Shown one piece after another: positions 1 to 9,162 of a DNA stretch of 64,000 nt (position 1 is its first letter; the number at the start of each line of letters is the position of its first letter). Origin of the DNA: Methanobacteriota archaeon. Lineage in GTDB: Archaea; JAADCQ01; Methanopyri; Methanopyrales; Methanopyraceae. The notes beneath the pieces are model-generated. The model was not told the origin of the DNA and did not search any database. It worked only from the letters and a program-made list of their open reading frames with translations. A program made the position numbers and the translations under genes. Location of the stretch: NCBI GenBank assembly GCA_027064425.1, contig JAMOPO010000003.1, forward strand, positions 64,001-128,000, read 5' to 3'.

Positions 1-1
1 C

Positions 2-2806
2 GAGTTCCTCAGCGAGCTTCACGACTACCTGCTCAGCCTGCGAGGCGAGGCGTGCTTCTACGGGCTGCACACGCTGCTGGAGGACCTACCCGAGGACGTC
101 GCGCTGCAGGAGGCGACGATGATCTACGCGCCCCGCTTCGCCCCGTACCTGGCGGTCGTGACGGGGTTCGTGGGGAAGGCCACGCTGCAGGAGGTGTACG
201 AGCTGGCCGACGAGCGGCCCGAGCTGTACGAAAGGCTGAGGGAGGTCACGAGGAGGGTTCTGGAGAGGTTCCTGCGGCTGATCACGTCCAACCGGGCCCT
301 AGTTGAGAGGCTCGACGAGTGGGTGCGGCTCGTCGACGAGGGCGAGCTGAAGGACGACGCGAGCCTCCTCTCCCGGGCGGACGCGATCCTGCACGAGCCG
401 TCCGTGCGCTCGGCCCTGCTCTCCGCGTTCTCGGAGGCGCTGTCCGAGGAGGGCCTGGTCAAGGTAACCTCCGAGTACGACGAGGACCTGCTGAAGCTCC
501 TCGCCGGCGCTTACCGAGAGTACGTGCACGTGCTGCGGTCCGGGGAGTACGAGCTGCGAGGACTTCTAGCGTTCCTGAGCGGTGGCCACGTGCCCACCGG
601 TGGCCTCGGTGAGCCACTGTGGAACCCGAGGGCCTTCCCGGTGGGCCGCAACGGAGTCCCCTTCGATCCTCACACCCTACCCACCCCGGAGGCGTGGGAG
701 GTGGCCAAGCGACTCGTGGACGAGCTCCTCGCCCGGTACTACCGGCTGCACCACCGGTGGCCCGAGACGGTCACGGTCATCCTCTTCGCGGCCCACGAGC
801 TCACCTCGGGTGGCCTCGGGATCGCCGAGGTGCTCTACCTGCTCGGGGTCAAGCCGGTCTGGGACCCGGGCACCGGCAGGGTCGTGGCGCTCCGGGTCAT
901 CCCGCTGGACAAGCTGACGGTCCGGGTGGACGGCGTCCCGGTGCGCCGGCCCCGAATCGACGTGATCGCCCTCTGCACCGCCGTCATGACGTCGATCGAG
1001 CCCCTGATCCGCCTGCTGGCCCTGGCCTCCCGGATGGTCTGCCGACTCAACGAGCCGCCGGAGTGGAACTACCCGAGGAAGCACTACCTGCGGCTGGTCG
1101 AGGCGGGCGTCGAGGAGCGAATCGCGGCGACGCGGGTGTTCGGGGAGCCGCCCGGTGACCCGCAGGGTACGGGCGTCAACCGAGTCATCGAGTTCGGGTG
1201 GTCGGAGCTGACCGAGGGCCTGGGCATCTCCGGGTCCGGGACGCTGGACCAGCGCCTCCTGGGCAGAGTCGTTCAGTCGTTCGAGTCCCGCGTCGCGTAC
1301 GCGTTCGTCGTCGAGGGGCCGGACGGGACCGAGGTCCGGCTGGACGCGCTGACCGGGTACCGCGCCGCGCTCTCGGCCGTGAGGGCCTTCCGCCTGCTGG
1401 CCCGAACCGTGGACGTCGTCGTGGACCAGATCGTCAACGCGTTCAACGTGATCGACGTCAACGACTACTACTCCTGGGCCGGCGGCATGGCCGCCTACGT
1501 CCGGTGGCTGCGCGGCCGCGAGCCGCTGGTGTACTTCACCGTCGCCCGGAACCCGATGGCGGCGAGCGTTCAGAGCCTGGCCGAGCGGGTCTCCATCGAG
1601 GTCCGGACGGAGCTGCTGAGCCCGAGCTGGTGGCGCGCACTGATGGAGCACGGCCCGGACGTCGGGTGGCACGAGGTGGAGAAGCGCTTGGGGAACCTGA
1701 TCGGAGTCCTCTCGACCATGAGGCAGGCTCGGTCCGTCGGCGACGTTCTCTTGACGCGAATCGCCCGCACGATCGTGGCCATGCTCCGGGTCTACCGGCC
1801 GAACACCCCGCTGGGGTGGGCCAACGTACAGTCCGCACTGGCGTGGCTCGTCGAGGCCGCCAGGGTCGGGCTCTGGCACCCGGACAGGAGGACCCTAGCG
1901 GACGTCGTCCGTGCGTGGGCCGAGGTAACGGCCCGGTACGGCCCGTCCACGTGCCACCACACGAGCCCCAACCCAAGCACCGTCGCCTACGTCCAGCGCG
2001 TGGCGTCGATTCTCCACCTCGCGGACGTACAGCGCCTGCTGCCCAAGGTGGTGGCCGCCTACCGGAGCCTGGATAACCCCGAGATCGTGCGGCGGATAGC
2101 CTCGCTGGAGCGGGCGATACCACCGTCACCCCGGTCGTCCCCGGAGACCGTACCGACGACCGGGACGCCAGCGGTCGGAGCACCCGCGACGACAGCACCC
2201 GGCCGGCCCGCCCGCGGATCCGGATCACCCGGTCCCGGGTCGTCGGCACTCCGAGCCCGGGCGGTCATCAGGCCGACCTCAGCGACCGGTCGCGCAAGCT
2301 ACGGGACCGGGGCGCCCGGGGGCGGAGGCGTACGCGCCCTTACCAGAGCGATCGCGAGGGTAGTCGCCGAGACCGCGCGGGTCATCCGCACCGTGGAGTC
2401 TCCCCACCGGGTCGCGGCCAGCGTAGTCTCGCCCGCGCGCAGCATCCCGCCCCTCCCCGGGACGACGCCGGCAGGAACCCGCCGGGCCCGCGGTAGGCCT
2501 GGGGTACCCAGGAGTCGGGGCGAGTCTCGAGCTGAGCTTCCCTCAGCCTCCGGCGGCAGGATCCTCACCCGCGCCGCCTCGGGCACTCTAAGCTCGCTCG
2601 GCCCGGCGACGCGCTCGCGCGCGACGGCCGGTGGTAAGGCCCGGGGTGCCACTCGGCCCCCAGCAGCCCGGACGATGAGCCGGATGAGCTCGGCCGCGAC
2701 CCCGCCCCGGGAGATCTGGGAGTGGGTGCTGGCCCTGCTCCTGACGATCCTGGTCGCGTCGGTGGGTGCACTCTGGAAACGGGTTGAGAGCGCCGGGAAA
2801 TGGTGA
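2..2806 (+). CDS. CobN/Mg-chelatase subunit H-like protein, 5'-truncated by the window, with a C-terminal P/S/T/R-rich linker and TM anchor
   Basis: Frame 2 is open from the window edge (ELHDYL...GLHTL). CobN motifs PVGRN, LGVKPVWD, RPRIDV, RVFG..PG..GTG, DDYYSWAGG and TCHHTSPN are present. Ends in a hydrophobic helix followed by KR. Confidence 0.85.
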   Translation, partial: EFLSELHDYLLSLRGEACFYGLHTLLEDLPEDVALQEATMIYAPRFAPYLAVVTGFVGKATLQEVYELADERPELYERLREVTRRVLERFLRLITSNRALVERLDEWVRLVDEGELKDDASLLSRADAILHEPSVRSALLSAFSEALSEEGLVKVTSEYDEDLLKLLAGAYREYVHVLRSGEYELRGLLAFLSGGHVPTGGLGEPLWNPRAFPVGRNGVPFDPHTLPTPEAWEVAKRLVDELLARYYRLHHRWPETVTVILFAAHELTSGGLGIAEVLYLLGVKPVWDPGTGRVVALRVIPLDKLTVRVDGVPVRRPRIDVIALCTAVMTSIEPLIRLLALASRMVCRLNEPPEWNYPRKHYLRLVEAGVEERIAATRVFGEPPGDPQGTGVNRVIEFGWSELTEGLGISGSGTLDQRLLGRVVQSFESRVAYAFVVEGPDGTEVRLDALTGYRAALSAVRAFRLLARTVDVVVDQIVNAFNVIDVNDYYSWAGGMAAYVRWLRGREPLVYFTVARNPMAASVQSLAERVSIEVRTELLSPSWWRALMEHGPDVGWHEVEKRLGNLIGVLSTMRQARSVGDVLLTRIARTIVAMLRVYRPNTPLGWANVQSALAWLVEAARVGLWHPDRRTLADVVRAWAEVTARYGPSTCHHTSPNPSTVAYVQRVASILHLADVQRLLPKVVAAYRSLDNPEIVRRIASLERAIPPSPRSSPETVPTTGTPAVGAPATTAPGRPARGSGSPGPGSSALRARAVIRPTSATGRASYGTGAPGGGGVRALTRAIARVVAETARVIRTVESPHRVAASVVSPARSIPPLPGTTPAGTRRARGRPGVPRSRGESRAELPSASGGRILTRAASGTLSSLGPATRSRATAGGKARGATRPPAARTMSRMSSAATPPREIWEWVLALLLTILVASVGALWKRVESAGKW

Positions 2807-2809
2807 TCA

Positions 2810-4450
2810 TCAGAACGCAAACCAGCCGGGTAGGGCGTACGGGACGCTCGGCCTGCGACCCTTGAGGAACGCGTCCAGCGCCTCCTTTCTCCCCACTCCG
2901 GGCAGTCGTGAGAGCACGTCGGGCCCGTCCTCTCGCCGGATCGGGAGGGGGACGATCTCCACGGAACGTGCCGAGTGGCCGACCACGAGCCCGTCGATCC
3001 ACTCCCCGGGCTCCCGGTCGGCCGCGAGCCTGCACGCGATCGGGTACGACCCAATCTGCCGGGCGAACTCGGGCTTACGGGGTTCCACGCGGAGGCGCCG
3101 GAGGACGGTCCCTTTCGGGACGACGCGGCGGAGCAGTTTCGGATCGATCTCCTCCCGAACGAACCGCTTGAAGGCGGTCACCCGGTCCCGGTTCCGCTCC
3201 AGCCACCTGGTCCCGTGCCTCTCCATCTCCGTCCCGGGGAACGGGACGACGTTGCGCACGTTGATCCGCCGGACGATGAGGCCCCGCTCCACCAGCTCCT
3301 TCAGCGCGCGCTCGTCGGTCCGGTAGCGCTCGCGGTCCTCGCCGATCAGACCGCACACGATGTTGATCCCCGGGAGCACGTACGGGAGGCCGTTCCACCC
3401 GCGGACGCGGCCGATGGAGGCGACGATGCGGATGGCTCGGAACACCTCCTCCCTGGACCGCACGTTGAGGTTGTTGCGCTCGGCGACGCGCTCGTCGAAG
3501 GTCTCGACGCCGAAGGCGAGCACGTTACCTGGGGTCCCGTATCGGACGAGGAGCTTCGTGATCTCCCGGGACTCCTCCGGGTGCTCGGCGATGACCGCCG
3601 GGTTGGCGTTGTCCACGTGAAGCGTGACCAGGTCCGGCGCGACCGCGTTGATCCCTCTCAGCAGGCGGCGTAGGGCGTCCGGGTCGGGTTTGGGACGTTC
3701 GGTCTCACCGATCCCCCGGGCCATGTAGGAGTAGATGCAGGGCTGGCGACCGAGCCGGAAGTGTCGCACGCCGACCCGGTAGAGCGCCCTGACCTCCTCG
3801 ATGATGTGCTTGGGGGGCCGGAACTCGGGCCTCCCGTACCTTGGAACCTCGGTGCAGAAGGAGCAGCCGCCGCTGATGTACCGGGGGCAGCCGCGGTAGG
3901 TTTCCAGCTCGGCGATCACGGCGTCAGGGTAATCCACGTGCTCGCGGGCGGCGGGCGCCCCCTTGACCGCGTACTCTCGGAGCTCCTCGACCGCGCGCTC
4001 ACGCTCCGGGTCCACGGCCTCCGGTGAACCCTCGCGGACGAGGTCGTACACGACCGCCTCGACGTCCCCGGTGGCGACGAGATCGACGCCCTCCACCTCG
4101 GTCTCCGGCAGCTCGCCCCCGATTCGGCCGTGACCGGACTGCGCGGCCGGGCCGCCGAGGACGGTGATCGCGTCCACGTCCCGCAGTATCTCGAGCATCT
4201 CGTTCAGGTCCGCGGGCTCGGCGCCGAGGTACCGGCCCGGCGTGTGCACGCCGCAGATGCCCACGACCACGTCAAAGCGGTTGAGGTCGATCCTTCCCTC
4301 CCTCACCCGCTCGATGGGGACGTAGCGGACCTCGGAGGCGCCGGCGGCCCGGGCGGCCCCGTAGGCGTAACGCGGGTGGGTGCCCAGGTAGGGTGGGACG
4401 CCGAGTCCGGCGGGCTCGTCGGTGTACCCGTCGACGATGGCGACCCTCAC
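2810..4450 (-). CDS. Radical SAM protein with C-terminal HhH (COG1031-like)
   Basis: N-terminal DGYTDEPAGLGVPPY, cluster motif RGCPRYISGGCSFC, C-terminal LPGVG. Confidence 0.85.
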   Translation of the reverse strand: MRVAIVDGYTDEPAGLGVPPYLGTHPRYAYGAARAAGASEVRYVPIERVREGRIDLNRFDVVVGICGVHTPGRYLGAEPADLNEMLEILRDVDAITVLGGPAAQSGHGRIGGELPETEVEGVDLVATGDVEAVVYDLVREGSPEAVDPERERAVEELREYAVKGAPAAREHVDYPDAVIAELETYRGCPRYISGGCSFCTEVPRYGRPEFRPPKHIIEEVRALYRVGVRHFRLGRQPCIYSYMARGIGETERPKPDPDALRRLLRGINAVAPDLVTLHVDNANPAVIAEHPEESREITKLLVRYGTPGNVLAFGVETFDERVAERNNLNVRSREEVFRAIRIVASIGRVRGWNGLPYVLPGINIVCGLIGEDRERYRTDERALKELVERGLIVRRINVRNVVPFPGTEMERHGTRWLERNRDRVTAFKRFVREEIDPKLLRRVVPKGTVLRRLRVEPRKPEFARQIGSYPIACRLAADREPGEWIDGLVVGHSARSVEIVPLPIRREDGPDVLSRLPGVGRKEALDAFLKGRRPSVPYALPGWFAF

Positions 4451-4455
4451 GCGGG

Positions 4456-6948
4456 TTACCCCATGAACTGGTCGAGCGTCTTCTGCGAGGTGGTCTCGCC
4501 CACGATCTGGCTCCTGGAGTACCCCAGCGCCTTCATGATGCGCTCGACGGCCGGCAGGATCTGGTGCTCGATGTAGTAATCGATGTCCGGCTCCTTGCCC
4601 TCCTCCCGGGCCAGCTCGACCGGATAGGCCTTGTCGCTGACGCTGCCGGGCCCGCGGACGATCACGTAGCGTACGATGGTGCCGGGTTCGGGCTCGGTTC
4701 CCAGGCGCCGGGCGAGCCGCAGCGCGGCGCGAACGTGCGGGCCCTTCTGGACGTACTCGGAGGGCCTCTTCGTGAGCTGGGAGGTAACGGCGAGCTCGTC
4801 CAGATCCACCTCGCCCGAGCGCAGCCGGTCGAGCACCCGGTGGATCTCCTTGAGGGCCGCGTCCGGGTCGTTGTCCTCGAGGATGCGCTTGAGCACCCGG
4901 CGCTGGGTCTCGCGCGCGATCGGGGCCCAGTCCCGGCGCACGACCTCGAGTCCCTTCGTCACGATCTTGCCCTCGGTCGTGTAACCGGCGTACTTCTTCT
5001 TGGTCACGAACAGGATGCGCTCGTACACGTCCTCGAGCTCGAGCTCGACCGGCAGCCGCTCGTTCACGTACTCCAGGAACTCCTTCACGCGGTCGATGGT
5101 CTCGCTGAGGTCGGCGTCGGGCAGCTTGAGGAACAGGGAGTCCGTGTCACCGTAGACGACCTTCAGCCCGTACTTCTCCTCCGCGATCTCTCGGACCTTG
5201 CGGATGTAGTACCGGCCCCAGGCGGTCACGCTCTCCGCGCACTCCCGGCAGTACCAGCGCGCGTTGGCCCACCCCATGTAACCGTAGTAGCTGTTCGCCA
5301 GGACCTTGTAGGCCTGCTGTCGCACGTCGAGGAGCTTGTACTTCTTGGGCTCCTCGTCCGGGTCCACCTCGCGCAGCCGGGCCTTGTACTCCCGGCGCCG
5401 CTTGATCAGGCGCTTGACCAGCCGGGGAAAGAAGCCCTCGCGCTTCCGGCAGAACTTGTGGCCGACGCTCGGCGTGACGGTGGCCTCGGCGGGGTCGTCC
5501 GCCTCCTCGACCGTGACCTCCGGGCAGCAGTCGCAGTCGAACGTGTCGGGCGAGATGTTGTGGTGGACCATCACGTTGGGGTACAGGCTGGCGAAGTCGA
5601 CGCACACGACGTTCTCGTGCAGGCCGATCTCCGGCTCGAACACGATGGCTCCCTTGTAGGCCTCCCTCCGCCGCCGCTCGTACTCGTCCCGCGAGGGCTT
5701 GTTCGGCGCCAGGATCCCCTCGCGGCGCGCGAGGTACAGCGCCCGCCACTCCGCTAGCTGCCCGAAGCTGAACCGGACGGCGTCCGGCAGGGGCAGCCGG
5801 GTCAGGTAAGAGAGCTCCAGCTCGACCTGCGCGAGCTCGAGACCCAGCTCGAGCGTGTAGTGAGCGTCCTCCGCGGAGTACCGGAACAGCTTCTCCAGGT
5901 CCCCTCGCTTCCAGGCTTCATTGATCTCGTCCAGCTCCAGCTCCTCCTTGTCCACGCCGAGCACGTCCCGGACGGCCTCCTCCAGCGTGAACCGCTCCAG
6001 CTTGAGGTTCTTCTGGGCCGTGTGGTACAGGTCCACGTGCGCCCGACCAAAGATATCGGAGGCCTGCCGGGCCGCGCCCGGTCGGATGACGATGCCCCGC
6101 TTCCCGGGCGGTCGGGCGAGCCCGTCCACGTCCACGCCCAGCCGGTCCGCCCTCCGCTTCAGGTACGGGAGGTCGAACTCGTCGCCGTTGTAGGTGAACA
6201 CCACGTCCGGGTCGACCCGCCGGAACCGCTCAACGAACTCGCGCAGCATCGCGGCCTCAGACTCGCAGACGACGACCTCAGTCTCCACGCCGTCGACGGT
6301 GAACTCCGCCTCCTCCCCCTTCCACGTGAACACGTAGTTCTTCCGCTCACCGTCCGGCGTCCGGTACGAGAAGCTGATCGAGATCACCGGGCCGGACGAC
6401 TCCTTCGTGGTCGTCCCGGGCTCCGCCAGCACCTCGATGTCGAAGCTGGCCACCACCAGCTCGTCCAGCGGGTAGGGCCGGTGGTCCAGCTCCCGCGCCT
6501 CCTCCGCGTCCGCGAAGTAGGCCGGGAGTCCCGACCACGATCCCTCCTCCAGCCCGGACACGTCGATCTCGGACGCGGGCGGCACGTTCAGGTCAATGGC
6601 CGCGCGGCGCACGAACGGGATGTCCGCCTCGTACACCTCCTTGACGCCGTCCAGCTCCTTGACCTGCTCTCGGAGCTTCGGCACGACCTTGGGGTAGGTG
6701 ACCTCCACCCGGTACAGCTCGACCCGCTCGCCCGAGTACGGGTGGCGACGCTCGACCTCCTCGACCCTGACGACCCCGGAGAGGTCCTCCAGCCGGCTCG
6801 GATCGAACCCGTCCTCGGCCTCCACGTAGAAATAGGGTCGGAAGCCGCGGACTACGAGCGCGGCGGGCTCACCGTCCCGGAGCCGGCCCACGAATATCAC
6901 GTCCGGGTCGCCCTTACGGGCGTAGTCCACCCAGACGCTCCGGAGCAC
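4456..6948 (-). CDS. polB: Family B DNA polymerase (PolB3 type)
   Basis: Exonuclease motifs FDIE and YNGDEFD; polymerase motifs DFASLYP, KVLANSYYG, YGDTDS, KKKY; C-terminal PIP box QKTLDQF; no intein. Confidence 0.97.
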   Translation of the reverse strand: MLRSVWVDYARKGDPDVIFVGRLRDGEPAALVVRGFRPYFYVEAEDGFDPSRLEDLSGVVRVEEVERRHPYSGERVELYRVEVTYPKVVPKLREQVKELDGVKEVYEADIPFVRRAAIDLNVPPASEIDVSGLEEGSWSGLPAYFADAEEARELDHRPYPLDELVVASFDIEVLAEPGTTTKESSGPVISISFSYRTPDGERKNYVFTWKGEEAEFTVDGVETEVVVCESEAAMLREFVERFRRVDPDVVFTYNGDEFDLPYLKRRADRLGVDVDGLARPPGKRGIVIRPGAARQASDIFGRAHVDLYHTAQKNLKLERFTLEEAVRDVLGVDKEELELDEINEAWKRGDLEKLFRYSAEDAHYTLELGLELAQVELELSYLTRLPLPDAVRFSFGQLAEWRALYLARREGILAPNKPSRDEYERRRREAYKGAIVFEPEIGLHENVVCVDFASLYPNVMVHHNISPDTFDCDCCPEVTVEEADDPAEATVTPSVGHKFCRKREGFFPRLVKRLIKRRREYKARLREVDPDEEPKKYKLLDVRQQAYKVLANSYYGYMGWANARWYCRECAESVTAWGRYYIRKVREIAEEKYGLKVVYGDTDSLFLKLPDADLSETIDRVKEFLEYVNERLPVELELEDVYERILFVTKKKYAGYTTEGKIVTKGLEVVRRDWAPIARETQRRVLKRILEDNDPDAALKEIHRVLDRLRSGEVDLDELAVTSQLTKRPSEYVQKGPHVRAALRLARRLGTEPEPGTIVRYVIVRGPGSVSDKAYPVELAREEGKEPDIDYYIEHQILPAVERIMKALGYSRSQIVGETTSQKTLDQFMG

Positions 6949-6963
6949 GGCTCGATCCCCCGA

Positions 6964-7617
6964 TCACCGGATCCCGACGACGGTACAGAGGTAGCCGGGA
7001 TCCTCCGGTTCCTCGATCTTCTTCACCTCTTCCCCAGGGAAGCACAGCTCGCGGCACAGGTACACGTCGAACCCCTCCTCGAGGAGCCGCCGTATCCCGC
7101 GCTTGATCGGCTTGTACAGGATGACGGCGTCCACATCGTCCAGCCGGTCCGGGGGCTCGCGAGTGCACACCAGCAGCCGGTCGTTCCCCATAACCAGCGG
7201 TCTCCCGATCCGGACCGCGCACAGCAGTCCGGCCGGAATGCCCGGGATCAGCTCCACGTTCACGTCCGCTCTCAGCCACCTTACGACGTGCCAGAAGGTG
7301 GAGTAGAGCGTCACGTCGCCCAGGCTGCAGACGGCCACCTCCCCGTGCTCGCGGAGCAGCTCCTCGGCGATCCTCGCGGCCTTACGGTAAGCTTTTTCTC
7401 GCTCCCGCCTGTCGCGGGTCATCGGAGCCTGGTATCCCACGATCACCGCCTCGGGGTTCAGCGACTTGACCACCTCCGCTGCCCGGCTGGAGGCCCCGAC
7501 GAAGGGGACCATGACCACGGGCACCCGTCTGATCACCTCGGCCGCCCTGAGCGTCACCAGGTCGGGGTCGCCTGGGCCCAGCCCCACCCCGTAGAGGGTG
7601 GGCCTCCCCGTGCTCAA
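6964..7617 (-). CDS. cbiL: Cobalt-precorrin-2 C20-methyltransferase
   Basis: LYGVGLGPGDPDLVTLRA, LGDVTLYSTF, IPGI; start reassigned to TTG at 7617. Confidence 0.85.
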   Translation of the reverse strand: MSTGRPTLYGVGLGPGDPDLVTLRAAEVIRRVPVVMVPFVGASSRAAEVVKSLNPEAVIVGYQAPMTRDRREREKAYRKAARIAEELLREHGEVAVCSLGDVTLYSTFWHVVRWLRADVNVELIPGIPAGLLCAVRIGRPLVMGNDRLLVCTREPPDRLDDVDAVILYKPIKRGIRRLLEEGFDVYLCRELCFPGEEVKKIEEPEDPGYLCTVVGIR

Positions 7618-8170
7618 CCCGATCGACCCCGATCGGCTTCTCACCGAGGGCGTGCCGGGGCCGACGAAGCCGCCGGCGAAGTCGGTGATAATATCCCTCC
7701 TGCGCCCGCGGCCGGGGGAGCGCATCCTGGAGGTGGGGGCGGGCTCGGGCTCGATCACGCTGGAGCTGGCCAAGTGCGTGGGACCTTGGGGCGAGGTGAT
7801 CGCGGTGGAGCGGGACGAGGAGGCGCTGCGCTCGCTGAAGTCGAACCTCCGGGACTTCTGCGCGCTCGACCGGGTGAAGGTGATCGAGGGTGAGGCGCCG
7901 GACGCCCTCGAGGACGTCGGCGAGGTGGACGCGGCACTCGTCTCCGGCTCGGACCGTCTAGACGAGCTGCTCGACGACCTCCGCACCCGGGTCAGGAGTC
8001 GAATACTCCTCAACGCGGTGCTGCCCGAGACCTTCTCCAGGGCCACGGAGCGTCTGAGCGACTGGGAGGTCGCCTCGTTGTGCATGGTCTGGGGGGAGGG
8101 CAAGCGCGTGGTCAGGGGGACCCTGTTCTCCGGCATGCGGACGCTGTTCCTCGCCCTCTTCACCAGGTGA
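7610..8170 (+). CDS. cbiT: Cobalt-precorrin-6B C15-methyltransferase (decarboxylating)
   Basis: GPTK...S.LRP, SAM motif EVGAGSGSIT, LNAV..ET; alternative start at 7598. Confidence 0.85.
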   Translation: MLNPIDPDRLLTEGVPGPTKPPAKSVIISLLRPRPGERILEVGAGSGSITLELAKCVGPWGEVIAVERDEEALRSLKSNLRDFCALDRVKVIEGEAPDALEDVGEVDAALVSGSDRLDELLDDLRTRVRSRILLNAVLPETFSRATERLSDWEVASLCMVWGEGKRVVRGTLFSGMRTLFLALFTR

Positions 8171-8181
8171 GGGGTGTCAGG

Positions 8182-9162
8182 ATGCGCGGACCGGCGCCCG
8201 CGCTCTGCCTACTTCTCCCGCTCCTGTTAGCGCCGGGAGCGTGCGCGAGCGTCGGCGGCCTGGTTCCCGGGCACTATCACCTGGACCACGCCTACGACGC
8301 GTTCAACGGCCCATTGGGTGGGGACGTGGACGGCGACGGAAGGCTCGATGTGGTCTGGTGCGGGGAGGCGTGCGCGATAGATCTCTACAACCTGGGCGTG
8401 GCCGTGGGCTGGTGGTCCGGGGAGCCCGTGACCCCGCTCCAGTACGAGAGGCGCTCCGCCAGGGTGGAGCTGGAGGACGATAGCGCGGGCCTCCTGGAAG
8501 CGTTCCGGAGCCTCTCCGAGGACGCCCTGTCCAAGGTGTTCGACGTCAAGATCGTGGCGCTCCTGGGCGCTCCCCCGGACTACCACGCGGTGCTGGTCCT
8601 GGGAGCCGTCGAGCGGCGAGGAGAGAAGTACCTGGTGATCGACGACGAGTCGACGCGGGAGGTCGGGCGGCTGCTCGTGGTTCCACTCCGAGCCTTCGTG
8701 GAGAACCTGTGTCCGACCCTGCTCGAGTTCTTCGGGCCGGTCGCGGCGGTGAGCGAGCTATACTCCGTGGTGTCGCCCGCGATCAACCCGCTGACCTACG
8801 TGGCCGCCTCCAGGTCCGGGAGGCGGCTGACCGTGGTGACGTTAACCGGGCTCCCGAGCGACGTCCTCTGGGCCTTCGCGCGCAAGCTGTGGGAGGTGGC
8901 CCTCCGCGGTTACCCGGTGGCGGTGGCCGTCCGGCGGCCCTTCTTCTCCCTCCTGGACCGCTCCGGGATCGAGGTGATCGATTCCCGGCGCGGGCTGGAC
9001 GGGGGTAGGGTAACGCGCTCCGTGCCGAGGGTGGACCCTGGGGCCGGGCCCGCCGCCCCGCCGGGCATCCCGATACCCTTTACGAGTACCGTCGTGGGAG
9101 GGCTGGGCCTGCTGATCCTGCTGCTCGCCTACCTGGGCCTGGCGGCGCTGCCGCTGCCTTAG
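8182..9162 (+). CDS. Secreted, membrane-anchored protein with a probable C39/papain-like peptidase domain
   Basis: Signal peptide, DVDGDGRLD Ca-loop, WCGEAC, YHAVLVLG, YLVIDD, C-terminal PIP motif plus TM helix. Confidence 0.6.
   Translation: MRGPAPALCLLLPLLLAPGACASVGGLVPGHYHLDHAYDAFNGPLGGDVDGDGRLDVVWCGEACAIDLYNLGVAVGWWSGEPVTPLQYERRSARVELEDDSAGLLEAFRSLSEDALSKVFDVKIVALLGAPPDYHAVLVLGAVERRGEKYLVIDDESTREVGRLLVVPLRAFVENLCPTLLEFFGPVAAVSELYSVVSPAINPLTYVAASRSGRRLTVVTLTGLPSDVLWAFARKLWEVALRGYPVAVAVRRPFFSLLDRSGIEVIDSRRGLDGGRVTRSVPRVDPGAGPAAPPGIPIPFTSTVVGGLGLLILLLAYLGLAALPLP

Noticed and set aside
677-7893. Long antisense ORFs (e.g. 677-1879, 4393-5757, 5860-7893, and similar ones throughout the window)
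   Set aside because: They are shadows of high-GC3 genes on the opposite strand, with no motifs.
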